NCBI GenBank assembly: GCA_027717985.1
Contig: JALLOO010000003.1
Span: 1 to 63,570, forward strand
Source: Patescibacteria group bacterium AH-259-L05
GTDB taxonomy: Bacteria; Patescibacteriota; Patescibacteriia; UBA2591; UBA6264
Direction: 5' to 3'
DNA: 63,570 nucleotides
The translations under genes were made by a program, and so were the position numbers. This document shows positions 17,821-26,879 of this stretch, in pieces. How positions within the stretch are numbered: position 1 is the first letter of the stretch; each line of letters starts with the position of its first letter. The notes beneath the pieces are model-generated. The model was not told the DNA's origin, searched no databases, and worked only from the letters and a program-made list of their open reading frames with translations.

Positions 17821-18455
17821 TGAAATCTGGCGCTTATATAAGGTCGGGCATTGGCAAGGGAATGCGGATGCTCGGATATAAAAAGGAGTTTCATGATATT
17901 CATTTTTCGAAAACAGGTATTGCAAAAAAACATAAGATTTTAGTTTTGGAAGCAATTCATCGGATTGTAAATCGAAGTCGCAAACCCTTTGGTTTATTAA
18001 TTGTATTAGGATGGCGGGAAAAATGGTCAAAAGAGTATGCATTGGTGACCGATTTGCAGCAAGATATTTTTCGCTATAAGCCACGGCCATTTTTTGGCAG
18101 GACAATGAATTGGATGATGAAGACCATCTCAAAAACAAAGTATTTTGATGGCGCTATTTTAATTCGTCGAAAGGGATATGCTTCAGCCAGCGGTGTGTTT
18201 TTAACTAACTTGCGCCCCTCACTTTTAGTTGAACATTTGGAGCATAAAATGGTTCACGATTTGAGTAAAACGCTTGGATTTAGGGAAAAAGTTCACTCCC
18301 GGCATTTGGTTGCTATCACCGCAAGCTGGCAGTTAAAACAAACAACTGTTTATACGGTTTCAGAAGAAACAAAAACCATACGGGCTTATGAGGATGGGCG
18401 AATTATTTATTCAATCATTGGCGAAGAAATATGGCAACCACCAGAAGAAAAATGA
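17820..18455 (+). CDS. DAC (DisA_N / diadenylate cyclase)-like domain protein, divergent
   Basis: FGLLIVLG, FDGAILIRRKGYASASGVFLT and HSRHLVAITASW...VYTVSEETKTIRAYEDGRI are collinear with the CdaA/DisA DAC motifs (DGA..., G[TS]RHRAA, VVSEETG.IS). The TAATG start overlaps the HD gene stop. Confidence 0.6.
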   Translation: MKSGAYIRSGIGKGMRMLGYKKEFHDIHFSKTGIAKKHKILVLEAIHRIVNRSRKPFGLLIVLGWREKWSKEYALVTDLQQDIFRYKPRPFFGRTMNWMMKTISKTKYFDGAILIRRKGYASASGVFLTNLRPSLLVEHLEHKMVHDLSKTLGFREKVHSRHLVAITASWQLKQTTVYTVSEETKTIRAYEDGRIIYSIIGEEIWQPPEEK

Positions 18456-18560
18456 CACGAAGTGTCATCCCGAGCGCGCAAAGCAAGCGAGGGATCTCAC
18501 AGACGTCTAAAACCCGGGTACTTGAGATCCTTCAGTCGCTTCGCTCCTTCAGGATGACAT
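18452..18560. repeat. palindromic repeat (copy E, VIPSAQSKRGI-type)
   Basis: ATGACACGAAGTGTCATCCCGAGCGCG-(loop)-GCGAGGGATCTCA ... TGAGATCCTTCAG...CTTCAGGATGACAT. Confidence 0.8.
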
Positions 18561-19711
18561 TTGGTTTTCTACGTGAAAAGCACTGGATATGGACACTGTT
18601 TTTTTTTGTTTTTTTTATCAGCATATCCATTACCCTTGTTATAGTATATAGGGCTACCATAGAAGAAGTTAAAATGTTAGGAAGCGCTTTAGCACGACCA
18701 CTGCGTATTGGGCCCGTATATGCACGTGGAATTTATATGTCTTCATGGACTGCAAGTGAGCAGAAAAGAGTTGACGAGCTTATTGATTTTATATTGCGAA
18801 CCGAGCTCAATGCAGTGGTAATTGACATAAAAGATTCAACCGGAAGGATTGCCTATAACAGTGATATTGATCAAGCTAAGGAGTGGGGAACGCGGGAAAT
18901 ACGGATTAAAAACATCAACGCTTTATTAGAGAAATTCCAATCCCGTGGTATTTATACTATTGCACGGATTGTAATATTTCGTGATCCAGTTTTAGCACAA
19001 ATCCGGCCGGATTTAGCACTAAAAAGTAAGCGTACAGGGAAATTATGGGAAGATAGCGGAGGAACGCAATGGATGGATCCTGCATCTTATGAAGTATGGG
19101 CATATAATGTGGCGCTTGCTCAAGAAGCATTAGAGTTGGGGTTTGAAGAAGTGAATTTTGATTATGTCCGTTTTCCTTCAGATGGTAATATTTTAGATAT
19201 TATCTTTCCTGTATGGGATAGGGAAACGCCACGCTATGAAGTGATCCGTCAGTTTTTCGAGTACCAGGCACAAGAGCTGAAGTATGTGGGGCGTCGTTCT
19301 GTTGATATTTTTGGCATGACTATGCTGCATTCTGACACGAATTATGACATGAATATAGGGCAGCGTTTTATTGACGCTGTTCCTTATTTTAATTATATCT
19401 CTCCTATGCTGTATCCTTCCCATTTTGGTGACACATTTAGTGACTTAGATAATCCGGCCGAGCATCCGTATGAGGTAATATTGCGCAGTTTTGAAAAAAC
19501 ACAAGAACATATAGTTGTGCCCTTAATTGAGGCAAATAAGCCTCTTCCAAAAATTCGTCCGTGGATTCAGGCATTTGATTTAGGTGCTGTCTATACGCCA
19601 GAGATGATTACTTTACAAAAACAGGCAGTGCTTGAAGGAGGCGGCTATGGATGGCTTTTATGGAATGCCAGAAATAGATATGAGCATATTGAAGAGGCAC
19701 TAAAAAGGTAA
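18554..19711 (+). CDS. DUF4015/GHL-type putative glycoside hydrolase (TIM-barrel), N-terminal TM
   Basis: RGIYMSSWTA...LNAVVIDIKDSTGRIAY...FDYVRFPSDG pattern. The start is placed at the ATG at 18554, after the repeat; the tracked ORF begins at 18431, inside the repeat. Confidence 0.65.
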   Translation: MTFGFLREKHWIWTLFFFVFFISISITLVIVYRATIEEVKMLGSALARPLRIGPVYARGIYMSSWTASEQKRVDELIDFILRTELNAVVIDIKDSTGRIAYNSDIDQAKEWGTREIRIKNINALLEKFQSRGIYTIARIVIFRDPVLAQIRPDLALKSKRTGKLWEDSGGTQWMDPASYEVWAYNVALAQEALELGFEEVNFDYVRFPSDGNILDIIFPVWDRETPRYEVIRQFFEYQAQELKYVGRRSVDIFGMTMLHSDTNYDMNIGQRFIDAVPYFNYISPMLYPSHFGDTFSDLDNPAEHPYEVILRSFEKTQEHIVVPLIEANKPLPKIRPWIQAFDLGAVYTPEMITLQKQAVLEGGGYGWLLWNARNRYEHIEEALKR

Positions 19712-19713
19712 AT

Positions 19714-20043
19714 ATGAGTCAAAGAATACAAAAGGTAAATGAATTAATTAAACGGGAACTTGGCGCAATTTTAATGCATGAAATTGAGGTGCCTGAAAAT
19801 TCTTTAATTACGATAGCTTATGTTAAAACATCAAAAGATTTGATGGAGACGAAAGTGTTTATGAGTATTTTCCCCATAGAATATGCTCCAAAAGTGTTGG
19901 CTCAGATAAAAAAAAGGATTGGGTATTTACAAAAGTTGTTAAATCGACGTCTTGTTATGAGACGTGTGCCCAAGATAATATTTTTACTTGACACAACTGA
20001 AGAGGAGGCATCTCAAGTTGAGGACATGTTAAAACAAGTTTGA
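19714..20043 (+). CDS. rbfA: ribosome-binding factor A
   Basis: RIQKVNELIKRELGAIL...ITIAYVKTSKDL..TKVFMS...RRVPKIIF pattern. Confidence 0.85.
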   Translation: MSQRIQKVNELIKRELGAILMHEIEVPENSLITIAYVKTSKDLMETKVFMSIFPIEYAPKVLAQIKKRIGYLQKLLNRRLVMRRVPKIIFLLDTTEEEASQVEDMLKQV

Positions 20044-20160
20044 TCCCTCGGGTTGAGACCTTGGTATGATATTCCCCTCTTTGTCATTTGCAAACCCTCT
20101 TTGTCATTCCACGCGAAGCGCGGAATGACAATAAAAAAGGCACGGGATGACGAGAGGGGT
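20044..20160. repeat. TTGTCAT[T/C]CC palindromic repeat cluster (copy F)
   Basis: CTCTTTGTCATTTGC, CTCTTTGTCATTCCACGCG-AA-GCGCGGAATGACAAT and GGGATGACGAGAGGGG, abutting TTGACA. Confidence 0.85.
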
Positions 20161-20188
20161 TGACATTTTTTTAAAAATGTGAGATTAT
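20160..20188 (+). promoter_or_regulatory. sigma70-like promoter (GGGGTTGACA type) for ftsH
   Basis: TTGACA (20160-20165), 17 nt spacer, GATTAT. About 18 nt around the -35 is nearly identical to the promoter at 15903. Confidence 0.55.
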
Positions 20189-20231
20189 TATACTGTTGTT
20201 CATTACAATCTTCAAAAAGGAGAAAAAAGGC

Positions 20232-22139
20232 ATGAACGGGCAGAAAAAACCGATGGACCAGAAGGATGATCAAGATAAGCGTCCCCCGATGCGGTTAGAC
20301 AAAAAGACCATTCTTGTTTGGCTCGTTATTATTATCAGCGCTATATTTCTTTCCAGTTTGTTTACCGGAAAGGGCAAAAAAGAAGTTTTAATCTCTCATG
20401 GTCAGTATGAAGAATTTTTGAGGGCTGAATTGATTTATAAGGCAGTTGTTATTGAGAAACAGTTTCATGGCACGTTACGAGAGAAAGGCGATGCAGAAGC
20501 ACAGGATGGTCGTATTGTAGAAAACGTAGAGCACTTTGTAGTTATTCTTCCCTTTGTTGATGAGTCAGTGCTTGCAGAATGGAAAAAGCATGGTGTGAAA
20601 TTTACCTTTGGGAAAAGAACACCAGGTTTTGGAGCTTATTTTTGGAATATGATTCCGTGGTTATTGATTATTGTTTTTTGGTTGTTTTTGATGCGCCGGA
20701 TGCAAGGCGGAGGAAAAGGCGGATTTGGTGGTCTATTCAGTTTTGGCAAGAGTCGTGCCCGACTGTGGACAGCCGAGGACCATGATACGACATTTAATGA
20801 TGTAGCAGGATGTGAAGAAGCAAAAACAGAACTTATGGAAGTAATTGATTTTCTTAAGAACCCCGGGCGTTATCAAAAGCTCGGAGGGAAAGTTCCTAAG
20901 GGTGTATTGCTTTTGGGCAAGCCTGGAACTGGAAAGACGTTATTAGCTCGTGCAGTATCAGGAGAAGCTGGCGTTCCGTTTTTTAGTTTAAGTGGTGCTG
21001 ATTTTGTTGAAATGTTTGTTGGTGTGGGCGCCTCACGAGTACGAGATTTGTTTGAGCAAGGGAAAAAGAACGCGCCCAGTATTATTTTTATTGACGAGAT
21101 TGACGCAGTGGGCAGACACCGCGGCGCAGGACTAGGCGGTGGTCATGATGAACGAGAGCAGACCTTGAATGCACTATTGGTAGAAATGGATGGCTTTGAG
21201 CCGCATGAAAATGTAATTCTTATGGCGGCAACAAACCGGCCTGATGTGTTAGATACGGCGCTGTTACGGCCTGGTAGATTTGATCGTCAGATTGTGGTCG
21301 ATGCTCCTGATGTTCGTGGTCGTGAAGGAATTTTAAAGATTCATACGAGAAAGACCCCATTAGACAAAGGTGTTGATTTAGAGGTTATTGCAAAAGGTAC
21401 GCCAGGTATGGTTGGCGCAGATTTAGCAAACATGGTAAATGAAGCTTCGTTGTTAGCGTCACGGAAGAATAAAAAAAAGGTTGGTATGGATGATTTTGAA
21501 GAAGCAAAAGACAAGGTGATGATGGGTATTGAAAGAAAGAGCGCGGTTATAAGTGAGAACGAAAAAAAGCTGACGGCTTATCATGAGGCAGGTCATGCGG
21601 TTATTGCACAGTTATTGCCCGAGGCTGATCCGGTGCATAAGGTAACGATTATTCCGCGTGGTCGCGCACTGGGAATAACCAGTCAATTACCTGAAGAAGA
21701 GAAACACACCCATTCTCAGTCATATATTGCGGCACGGCTCATGGTTCTTATGGGTGGTCGTGCTGCTGAACAATTAATATTTAAAGAGCTTACCACGGGT
21801 GCTGCTAATGACCTTGAAGTCGCTACTGAGCTTGCAAGGAGTGAGGTATGTGAGTGGGGATGGAGTGAAAAATTAGGTCCACGGACCCTTGGGAAAAGAT
21901 ATGAAAATATATTTTTACCAAGAGATATTCATGAGCAAAGAGAAAAAGATTATTCAGAGGAAACAGCTCGAAAAATCGATGAAGAAATACAACGAATTAC
22001 ACAGGGCGCAGAAGATGAAACCAAAAAACTATTAAAGGAACATATAGATCAGCTCGAAGCTCTTGCGCAGAAGCTTTTGAAAGAAGAAACCGTAGATGGC
22101 AAAGAAGTGAATGAAATTATTCCCAAGGTTAAGAAATAA
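20232..22139 (+). CDS. ftsH: ATP-dependent zinc metalloprotease FtsH
   Basis: Walker [18 protein letters not shown], the SRH region and HEAGHA zinc motif. Start at the ATG after AAAAGGAGAAAAAAGG. Confidence 0.95.
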   Translation: MNGQKKPMDQKDDQDKRPPMRLDKKTILVWLVIIISAIFLSSLFTGKGKKEVLISHGQYEEFLRAELIYKAVVIEKQFHGTLREKGDAEAQDGRIVENVEHFVVILPFVDESVLAEWKKHGVKFTFGKRTPGFGAYFWNMIPWLLIIVFWLFLMRRMQGGGKGGFGGLFSFGKSRARLWTAEDHDTTFNDVAGCEEAKTELMEVIDFLKNPGRYQKLGGKVPKGVLLLGKPGTGKTLLARAVSGEAGVPFFSLSGADFVEMFVGVGASRVRDLFEQGKKNAPSIIFIDEIDAVGRHRGAGLGGGHDEREQTLNALLVEMDGFEPHENVILMAATNRPDVLDTALLRPGRFDRQIVVDAPDVRGREGILKIHTRKTPLDKGVDLEVIAKGTPGMVGADLANMVNEASLLASRKNKKKVGMDDFEEAKDKVMMGIERKSAVISENEKKLTAYHEAGHAVIAQLLPEADPVHKVTIIPRGRALGITSQLPEEEKHTHSQSYIAARLMVLMGGRAAEQLIFKELTTGAANDLEVATELARSEVCEWGWSEKLGPRTLGKRYENIFLPRDIHEQREKDYSEETARKIDEEIQRITQGAEDETKKLLKEHIDQLEALAQKLLKEETVDGKEVNEIIPKVKK

Positions 22140-22151
22140 ATTTTGATTCAG

Positions 22152-22190
22152 AAAAGTCATTTCATTATTGATGAGATGACTTTTATTTTT
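22152..22190 (+). terminator. intrinsic terminator after ftsH
   Basis: AAAAGTCATTTCAT-TATTG-ATGAGATGACTTTT followed by ATTTTT. Confidence 0.65.
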
Positions 22191-22270
22191 GATGCAGCAA
22201 CCGTATTGGGTTGGCTTCCGAGAGAGTCCGATAGTTGAAATCTTAAGAGACCTGTCTCTCTTGAGAGTTT

Positions 22271-22318
22271 GAGTCTTCAGCAAGATTTTTCGTTGAAGGC
22301 TCTTTTCTTTTATTTTAT
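22271..22318 (+). terminator. second terminator-like hairpin
   Basis: GAGTCTTCAGCAAG-ATTTTT-CGTTGAAGGCTC followed by TTTTCTTTTATTTT. Confidence 0.45.
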
Positions 22319-22395
22319 CTTTGTTATACTACTATTAATAATTTACTTATCTACCCCTATAGAGATCAAGTTAGGGGAGATTTTACTTATTATTT

Positions 22396-24225
22396 ATGTA
22401 TGAATTAAAGTCACCATTTAAGCCCTCAGGTGATCAGCCGCAGGCAATTAAAAAACTGGTTGCGGGTATTAAAAAAGGAGATCAATACCAAACACTTTTA
22501 GGAGTGACTGGGTCAGGAAAAACTTTTTGTGTATCAAAGATTATTAGTCAGTTTAACATGCCAGTGTTGGTAATTGCTCCTAATAAAATTTTGGCAGCGC
22601 AATTGTTTCGCGAGTATACAAATTTTTTCCCGAACAATTCAGTAAATTATTTTGTTTCATATTATGATTACTACCAGCCCGAGGCATACCTGCCCATTAC
22701 TGACACATATATTTCAAAAGAAGCAATGATTAATGAAGAAATAGATCGCCTGCGTCACCAAGCTACAAGTGCATTACTTTCCCGGCGTGATGTTATCGTT
22801 GTTGCTTCAGTTTCCTGTATTTATAATCTTGGGGTGCCCTTAAATTATTTACAAGCAGCACTGCATATAGAAAAAAATAAACCAATGACAAGGGGCGATC
22901 TTATACGACAGCTGGTAAAAATACATTTTAAACGAACCAACAGCGATCTCAAACGAGGATATTTTCGCGTACGCGGCGATCGATTTGAACTTATGCCAGC
23001 ATCTGGAGAAATTATTAATTATATTGAAATTAAAGATCAAAATATAACAGCCATCGCCGTACTTGATAGGGTGACCAGAAAAAGAAAACAAACGCTTGAT
23101 GAGCTGGTTATTTTTCCGCCCCAGCATTTTGTCTCTACACAGCCGCAACGAGATGAAGCAATTAAAAGTATCAAAGCTGAGCTTAAAGAACGATTAAACT
23201 ATTTTGAAAAAAAAGGATTATTATTAGAAGCCGAAAGATTAGAGCGAAGGACGCGGTATGACTTAGAAATGATGAAAACTATTGGGTATTGTCATGGTAT
23301 AGAAAATTATTCTCGACATTTATCAGGAAAATTAGCAGGGGAGCCGCCAGACGCCCTACTCTCTTATTTTTTAGGAAAAAATAAGAGAGCTGATTTTCTA
23401 ACAATCATTGACGAGTCGCACATCGCGGTTCCACAAATTAGAGGTATGTATGAGGGAGATCGAGCACGCAAACAAGTATTAATACGATATGGGTGGCGCT
23501 TGCCGTCTGCTTTAGACAATCGGCCATTAAAATTTAATGAATTTTTAGATCGTATTAATTCTGTTATTTTTACCTCAGCCACACCTGGACCATTTGAATT
23601 TAAACATTCATCTGCTGTTGTTGAACAAATTATTCGACCAACAGGGCTTGTTGATCCACCTGTTGAAATCAGGCCTGTATGGGATAAAACAACAAACACA
23701 ACGCAGGCTGATGACATTGTTAAAGAGTTGCAAGGCGTAGTTTCTCATAACCAACGTGCAATTGTGAATACACTTACCAAAAAAATGGCAGAAGATTTTT
23801 CTGATTATCTCAATAAGCAAGGGTTTAAAGTAAATTATATGCATTCAGACACGAAAACGTTAGAGCGTGCAAAGATTTTAACTGATTTTAGGCGTGGCAT
23901 ATTTGATGTTTTAGTTGGGGTTAATTTGCTTCGCGAAGGTTTGGATTTACCCGAGGTAACGCTGGTTGCAATTTTAGATGCGGACAGAGAAGGATTTTTA
24001 CGAAGTGAGTCATCACTAATTCAAACTATGGGGCGATGTGCGCGAAATGTTAAGGGCAAAGTAATTTTATATGGCAGTGAGGTTACGGGTTCTATGAAAC
24101 GAGCGATTGATGAAGTGGAGCGAAGAAGAAAAAAACAATTAGCATATAACAAAAAACATAATATTATACCAAAATCAATTACTAAAAAAGTAGAAACATT
24201 AATAGATATTGAAAATGAAGAATAA
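22396..24225 (+). CDS. uvrB: excinuclease ABC subunit B (short form)
   Basis: PSGDQPQAI..L..G......LLGVTGSGKTF, DESH and helicase motifs. 609 aa, ending shortly after RRRKKQLAYNKKHNIIPKSI. Confidence 0.93.
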   Translation: MYELKSPFKPSGDQPQAIKKLVAGIKKGDQYQTLLGVTGSGKTFCVSKIISQFNMPVLVIAPNKILAAQLFREYTNFFPNNSVNYFVSYYDYYQPEAYLPITDTYISKEAMINEEIDRLRHQATSALLSRRDVIVVASVSCIYNLGVPLNYLQAALHIEKNKPMTRGDLIRQLVKIHFKRTNSDLKRGYFRVRGDRFELMPASGEIINYIEIKDQNITAIAVLDRVTRKRKQTLDELVIFPPQHFVSTQPQRDEAIKSIKAELKERLNYFEKKGLLLEAERLERRTRYDLEMMKTIGYCHGIENYSRHLSGKLAGEPPDALLSYFLGKNKRADFLTIIDESHIAVPQIRGMYEGDRARKQVLIRYGWRLPSALDNRPLKFNEFLDRINSVIFTSATPGPFEFKHSSAVVEQIIRPTGLVDPPVEIRPVWDKTTNTTQADDIVKELQGVVSHNQRAIVNTLTKKMAEDFSDYLNKQGFKVNYMHSDTKTLERAKILTDFRRGIFDVLVGVNLLREGLDLPEVTLVAILDADREGFLRSESSLIQTMGRCARNVKGKVILYGSEVTGSMKRAIDEVERRRKKQLAYNKKHNIIPKSITKKVETLIDIENEE

Positions 24226-26728
24226 AATAATTATCAAAGGTGCAAAAATTCACAATCTTAAGAACATTAATCTTGAGTTGCCTAAAAATAAATTGGTTGT
24301 GTTTACCGGAGTTTCAGGAAGCGGAAAATCATCTTTAGCGTTTGATACAATTTTTGCAGAAGGACAGCGGAGATACATAGAATCACTATCTCCGTATGCA
24401 CGTCAGTTTTTAGGCAAGATGGATCGACCAGACGTTGATGAAATTATTGGACTTTCTCCTGCAATTGCGATTGATCAAAAGGCATTATCACATAATCCAC
24501 GTTCTATTGTAGGGACACTTACAGAAATTTATGACTACTTACGTGTGTTATTTGCTCGTTTAGGCGAAGTGTATTGTCCACAATGTAAGAGTAGAATTGA
24601 AAAATTAACACTTGAAGAAATGGTTGATATTATAGTCTCACGCGCAAAAGAATTAAAGCAAGAAACAGTTACGATTCTTTCGCCAGTGGTGCGTGGGAGA
24701 AAAGGAGAATATCATCAATTGTTATATGATTTTTTAAATCTTGGTTTTAGCCAAGCAAGAGTTGATGGAAAGTTTCGCTCACTTCATGATAGATTAGTTT
24801 TGTCACGATATAAAGTCCATAGCATTGAAATAGTGATAGATAAGGTAATGCCTTCTGATGAAAGTCGTATGTTTGAGGCAGTAGAGGGCGCGCTTCATCA
24901 TAGCAAGGGATTGATAACTGCTGTGTTTAATCAAAAATCTAAAAATTCAGACGAACTTTTGCTTTCATCTCAGTGGAGCTGTCCCAAAGATGGTTTTTCA
25001 TTTGGTGAAATTGAGCCGCGCTTGTTTTCTTTTAATAGTCCGTATGGTGCGTGTGACTCATGTCATGGGTTGGGTAAAACTGATTTATTTTTAAGAACAC
25101 AATGCCCGATGTGTAAGGGCAAGAGATTAAAACCAGAATCATTATCAATTAAGATCAATGATAAAAATATTTATGGAATAACCACACTTACCATTGATGA
25201 GACTTATACATTTTTTACCAAGTATAAGAAAAAGATAACTTCTCGAGATTTTAAAATTGCGCGAAAAGTACTTAATGAAATTATTGATAGATTAGAGTTT
25301 TTACTTTTAGTAGGACTTGATTATTTAAGCCTTAATAGAGAAGCAGAAACATTATCAGGGGGCGAGGCACAACGAATACGCTTGGCTTCGCAGATCGGCT
25401 CACAGCTTTCTGACACGCTATATGTATTAGATGAGCCAACTATTGGTCTTCACGAAAGAGATATTGATCGATTATTATCCACGATTAAATCATTACGTGA
25501 TCAAAATAATACGGTCATTGTTGTTGAGCATGATGAGCGAACGGTTCGTCAATCTGATTATTTAGTTGACTTAGGGCCATTAGCTGGGAAAAGGGGGGGC
25601 AAGGTAGTGGTAAGTGGGAAAATAGATGAACTTTTAAATGGCAGCGCAGATAAAAATTCTTTAACATTAAAATATTTGAAAGGAGACAAAAAAATTTCAT
25701 TGCCTCAAACACGGAGAAAAAAAATCAGAGAAACATTAAAAATATATGGAGCAAAAGCACATAATTTAAAAAGTATAAATGTGGACATTCCTTTGCGAAA
25801 ATTGATTGTTATAACGGGTGTTTCCGGGAGCGGGAAATCAACGCTGCTCTACGATGTGTTGTACAAGAATGTGAATAAAATTAAGGCATGGCTTGGTGAA
25901 GATTTGGATAAGGTAAATAAAATTTTAGGCACTGAATATATTGATAAAGTGATAATGATAAATCAATCACCCATTGGCAGGACTCCCCGATCTAATCCTG
26001 CTACCTACACCGGCATTTTTACACCAGTCAGAGAATTTTATGCCTCGCTTGAGGAGGCGCAGGCACGTGGATATACGTTGAGTCGTTTTTCATTTAATGT
26101 GAGTGGCGGGCGGTGTGAGGCATGTAAAGGTGCAGGGTATAATTTAGTTGAAATGCATTTTCTCCCGCCCGTATTGGTAAAATGTGATATTTGTCATGGA
26201 AAGCGATTTAATCGAGAAACACTCCAGGTGTCCTATAAAGAGAAAAATATTGCTGAGGTATTAACAATGAATGTTGATGAGGCATATGATTTTTTTAAAG
26301 ATCATTATGTAATTACTGATAAGTTAAAAGTCTTAAAAGAAGTGGGGCTTGGATATGTAGAATTAGGTCAGTCTGCAACAACGTTATCAGGAGGCGAGGC
26401 CCAGCGCATTAAACTGGCGCGAGAATTAACCCATCGTTTGGGCAGGCGATCCTTATATTTATTAGATGAGCCAACCGTGGGTCTTCATTATCATGATATT
26501 GAAATGTTATTAAAGGTTTTAAATAGGTTAGTAGAGCGCGGAAATACGGTCATGATAATTGAACATAATATGCATGTAATTAAGTGTGCTGATTACATTA
26601 TTGATTTAGGTCCGGAAGGTGGAGAAAAAGGAGGAGACGTAGTAGCTACGGGGACACCAGAGGAGATAGTACAATATAAAAAATCATATACAGGGCAGCA
26701 TTTAGAAAAATATCTAAAGACCTCTTGA
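24209..26728 (+). CDS. uvrA: excinuclease ABC subunit A
   Basis: Two ABC ATPase modules ([14 protein letters not shown]; [13 protein letters not shown]), LSGGEAQRI twice, and Cys4 zinc modules. The start overlaps the uvrB end. Confidence 0.95.
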   Translation: MKMKNKIIIKGAKIHNLKNINLELPKNKLVVFTGVSGSGKSSLAFDTIFAEGQRRYIESLSPYARQFLGKMDRPDVDEIIGLSPAIAIDQKALSHNPRSIVGTLTEIYDYLRVLFARLGEVYCPQCKSRIEKLTLEEMVDIIVSRAKELKQETVTILSPVVRGRKGEYHQLLYDFLNLGFSQARVDGKFRSLHDRLVLSRYKVHSIEIVIDKVMPSDESRMFEAVEGALHHSKGLITAVFNQKSKNSDELLLSSQWSCPKDGFSFGEIEPRLFSFNSPYGACDSCHGLGKTDLFLRTQCPMCKGKRLKPESLSIKINDKNIYGITTLTIDETYTFFTKYKKKITSRDFKIARKVLNEIIDRLEFLLLVGLDYLSLNREAETLSGGEAQRIRLASQIGSQLSDTLYVLDEPTIGLHERDIDRLLSTIKSLRDQNNTVIVVEHDERTVRQSDYLVDLGPLAGKRGGKVVVSGKIDELLNGSADKNSLTLKYLKGDKKISLPQTRRKKIRETLKIYGAKAHNLKSINVDIPLRKLIVITGVSGSGKSTLLYDVLYKNVNKIKAWLGEDLDKVNKILGTEYIDKVIMINQSPIGRTPRSNPATYTGIFTPVREFYASLEEAQARGYTLSRFSFNVSGGRCEACKGAGYNLVEMHFLPPVLVKCDICHGKRFNRETLQVSYKEKNIAEVLTMNVDEAYDFFKDHYVITDKLKVLKEVGLGYVELGQSATTLSGGEAQRIKLARELTHRLGRRSLYLLDEPTVGLHYHDIEMLLKVLNRLVERGNTVMIIEHNMHVIKCADYIIDLGPEGGEKGGDVVATGTPEEIVQYKKSYTGQHLEKYLKTS

Positions 26729-26879
26729 ACAATAATCCTTTCTACTGCAACTTGAATCTTTTGGCTGCAAATCGTTCAGATCTCGTCAACGTATATTCTA
26801 TATATGCTTCCTCGCTCTTCACGATTTTCGCTCAAAATCTTCAAGTTTCGTAACGAAAAATTATTATGCAAAAGGTCTT

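Noticed and set aside
22245-22258. AGAGAC-CT-GTCTCT as a LexA/SOS operator for uvrBAC
   Set aside because: There is only one occurrence, the LexA box of this lineage is unknown, and the site is about 140 nt from the uvrB start. It is mentioned within a finding but not called as a feature.
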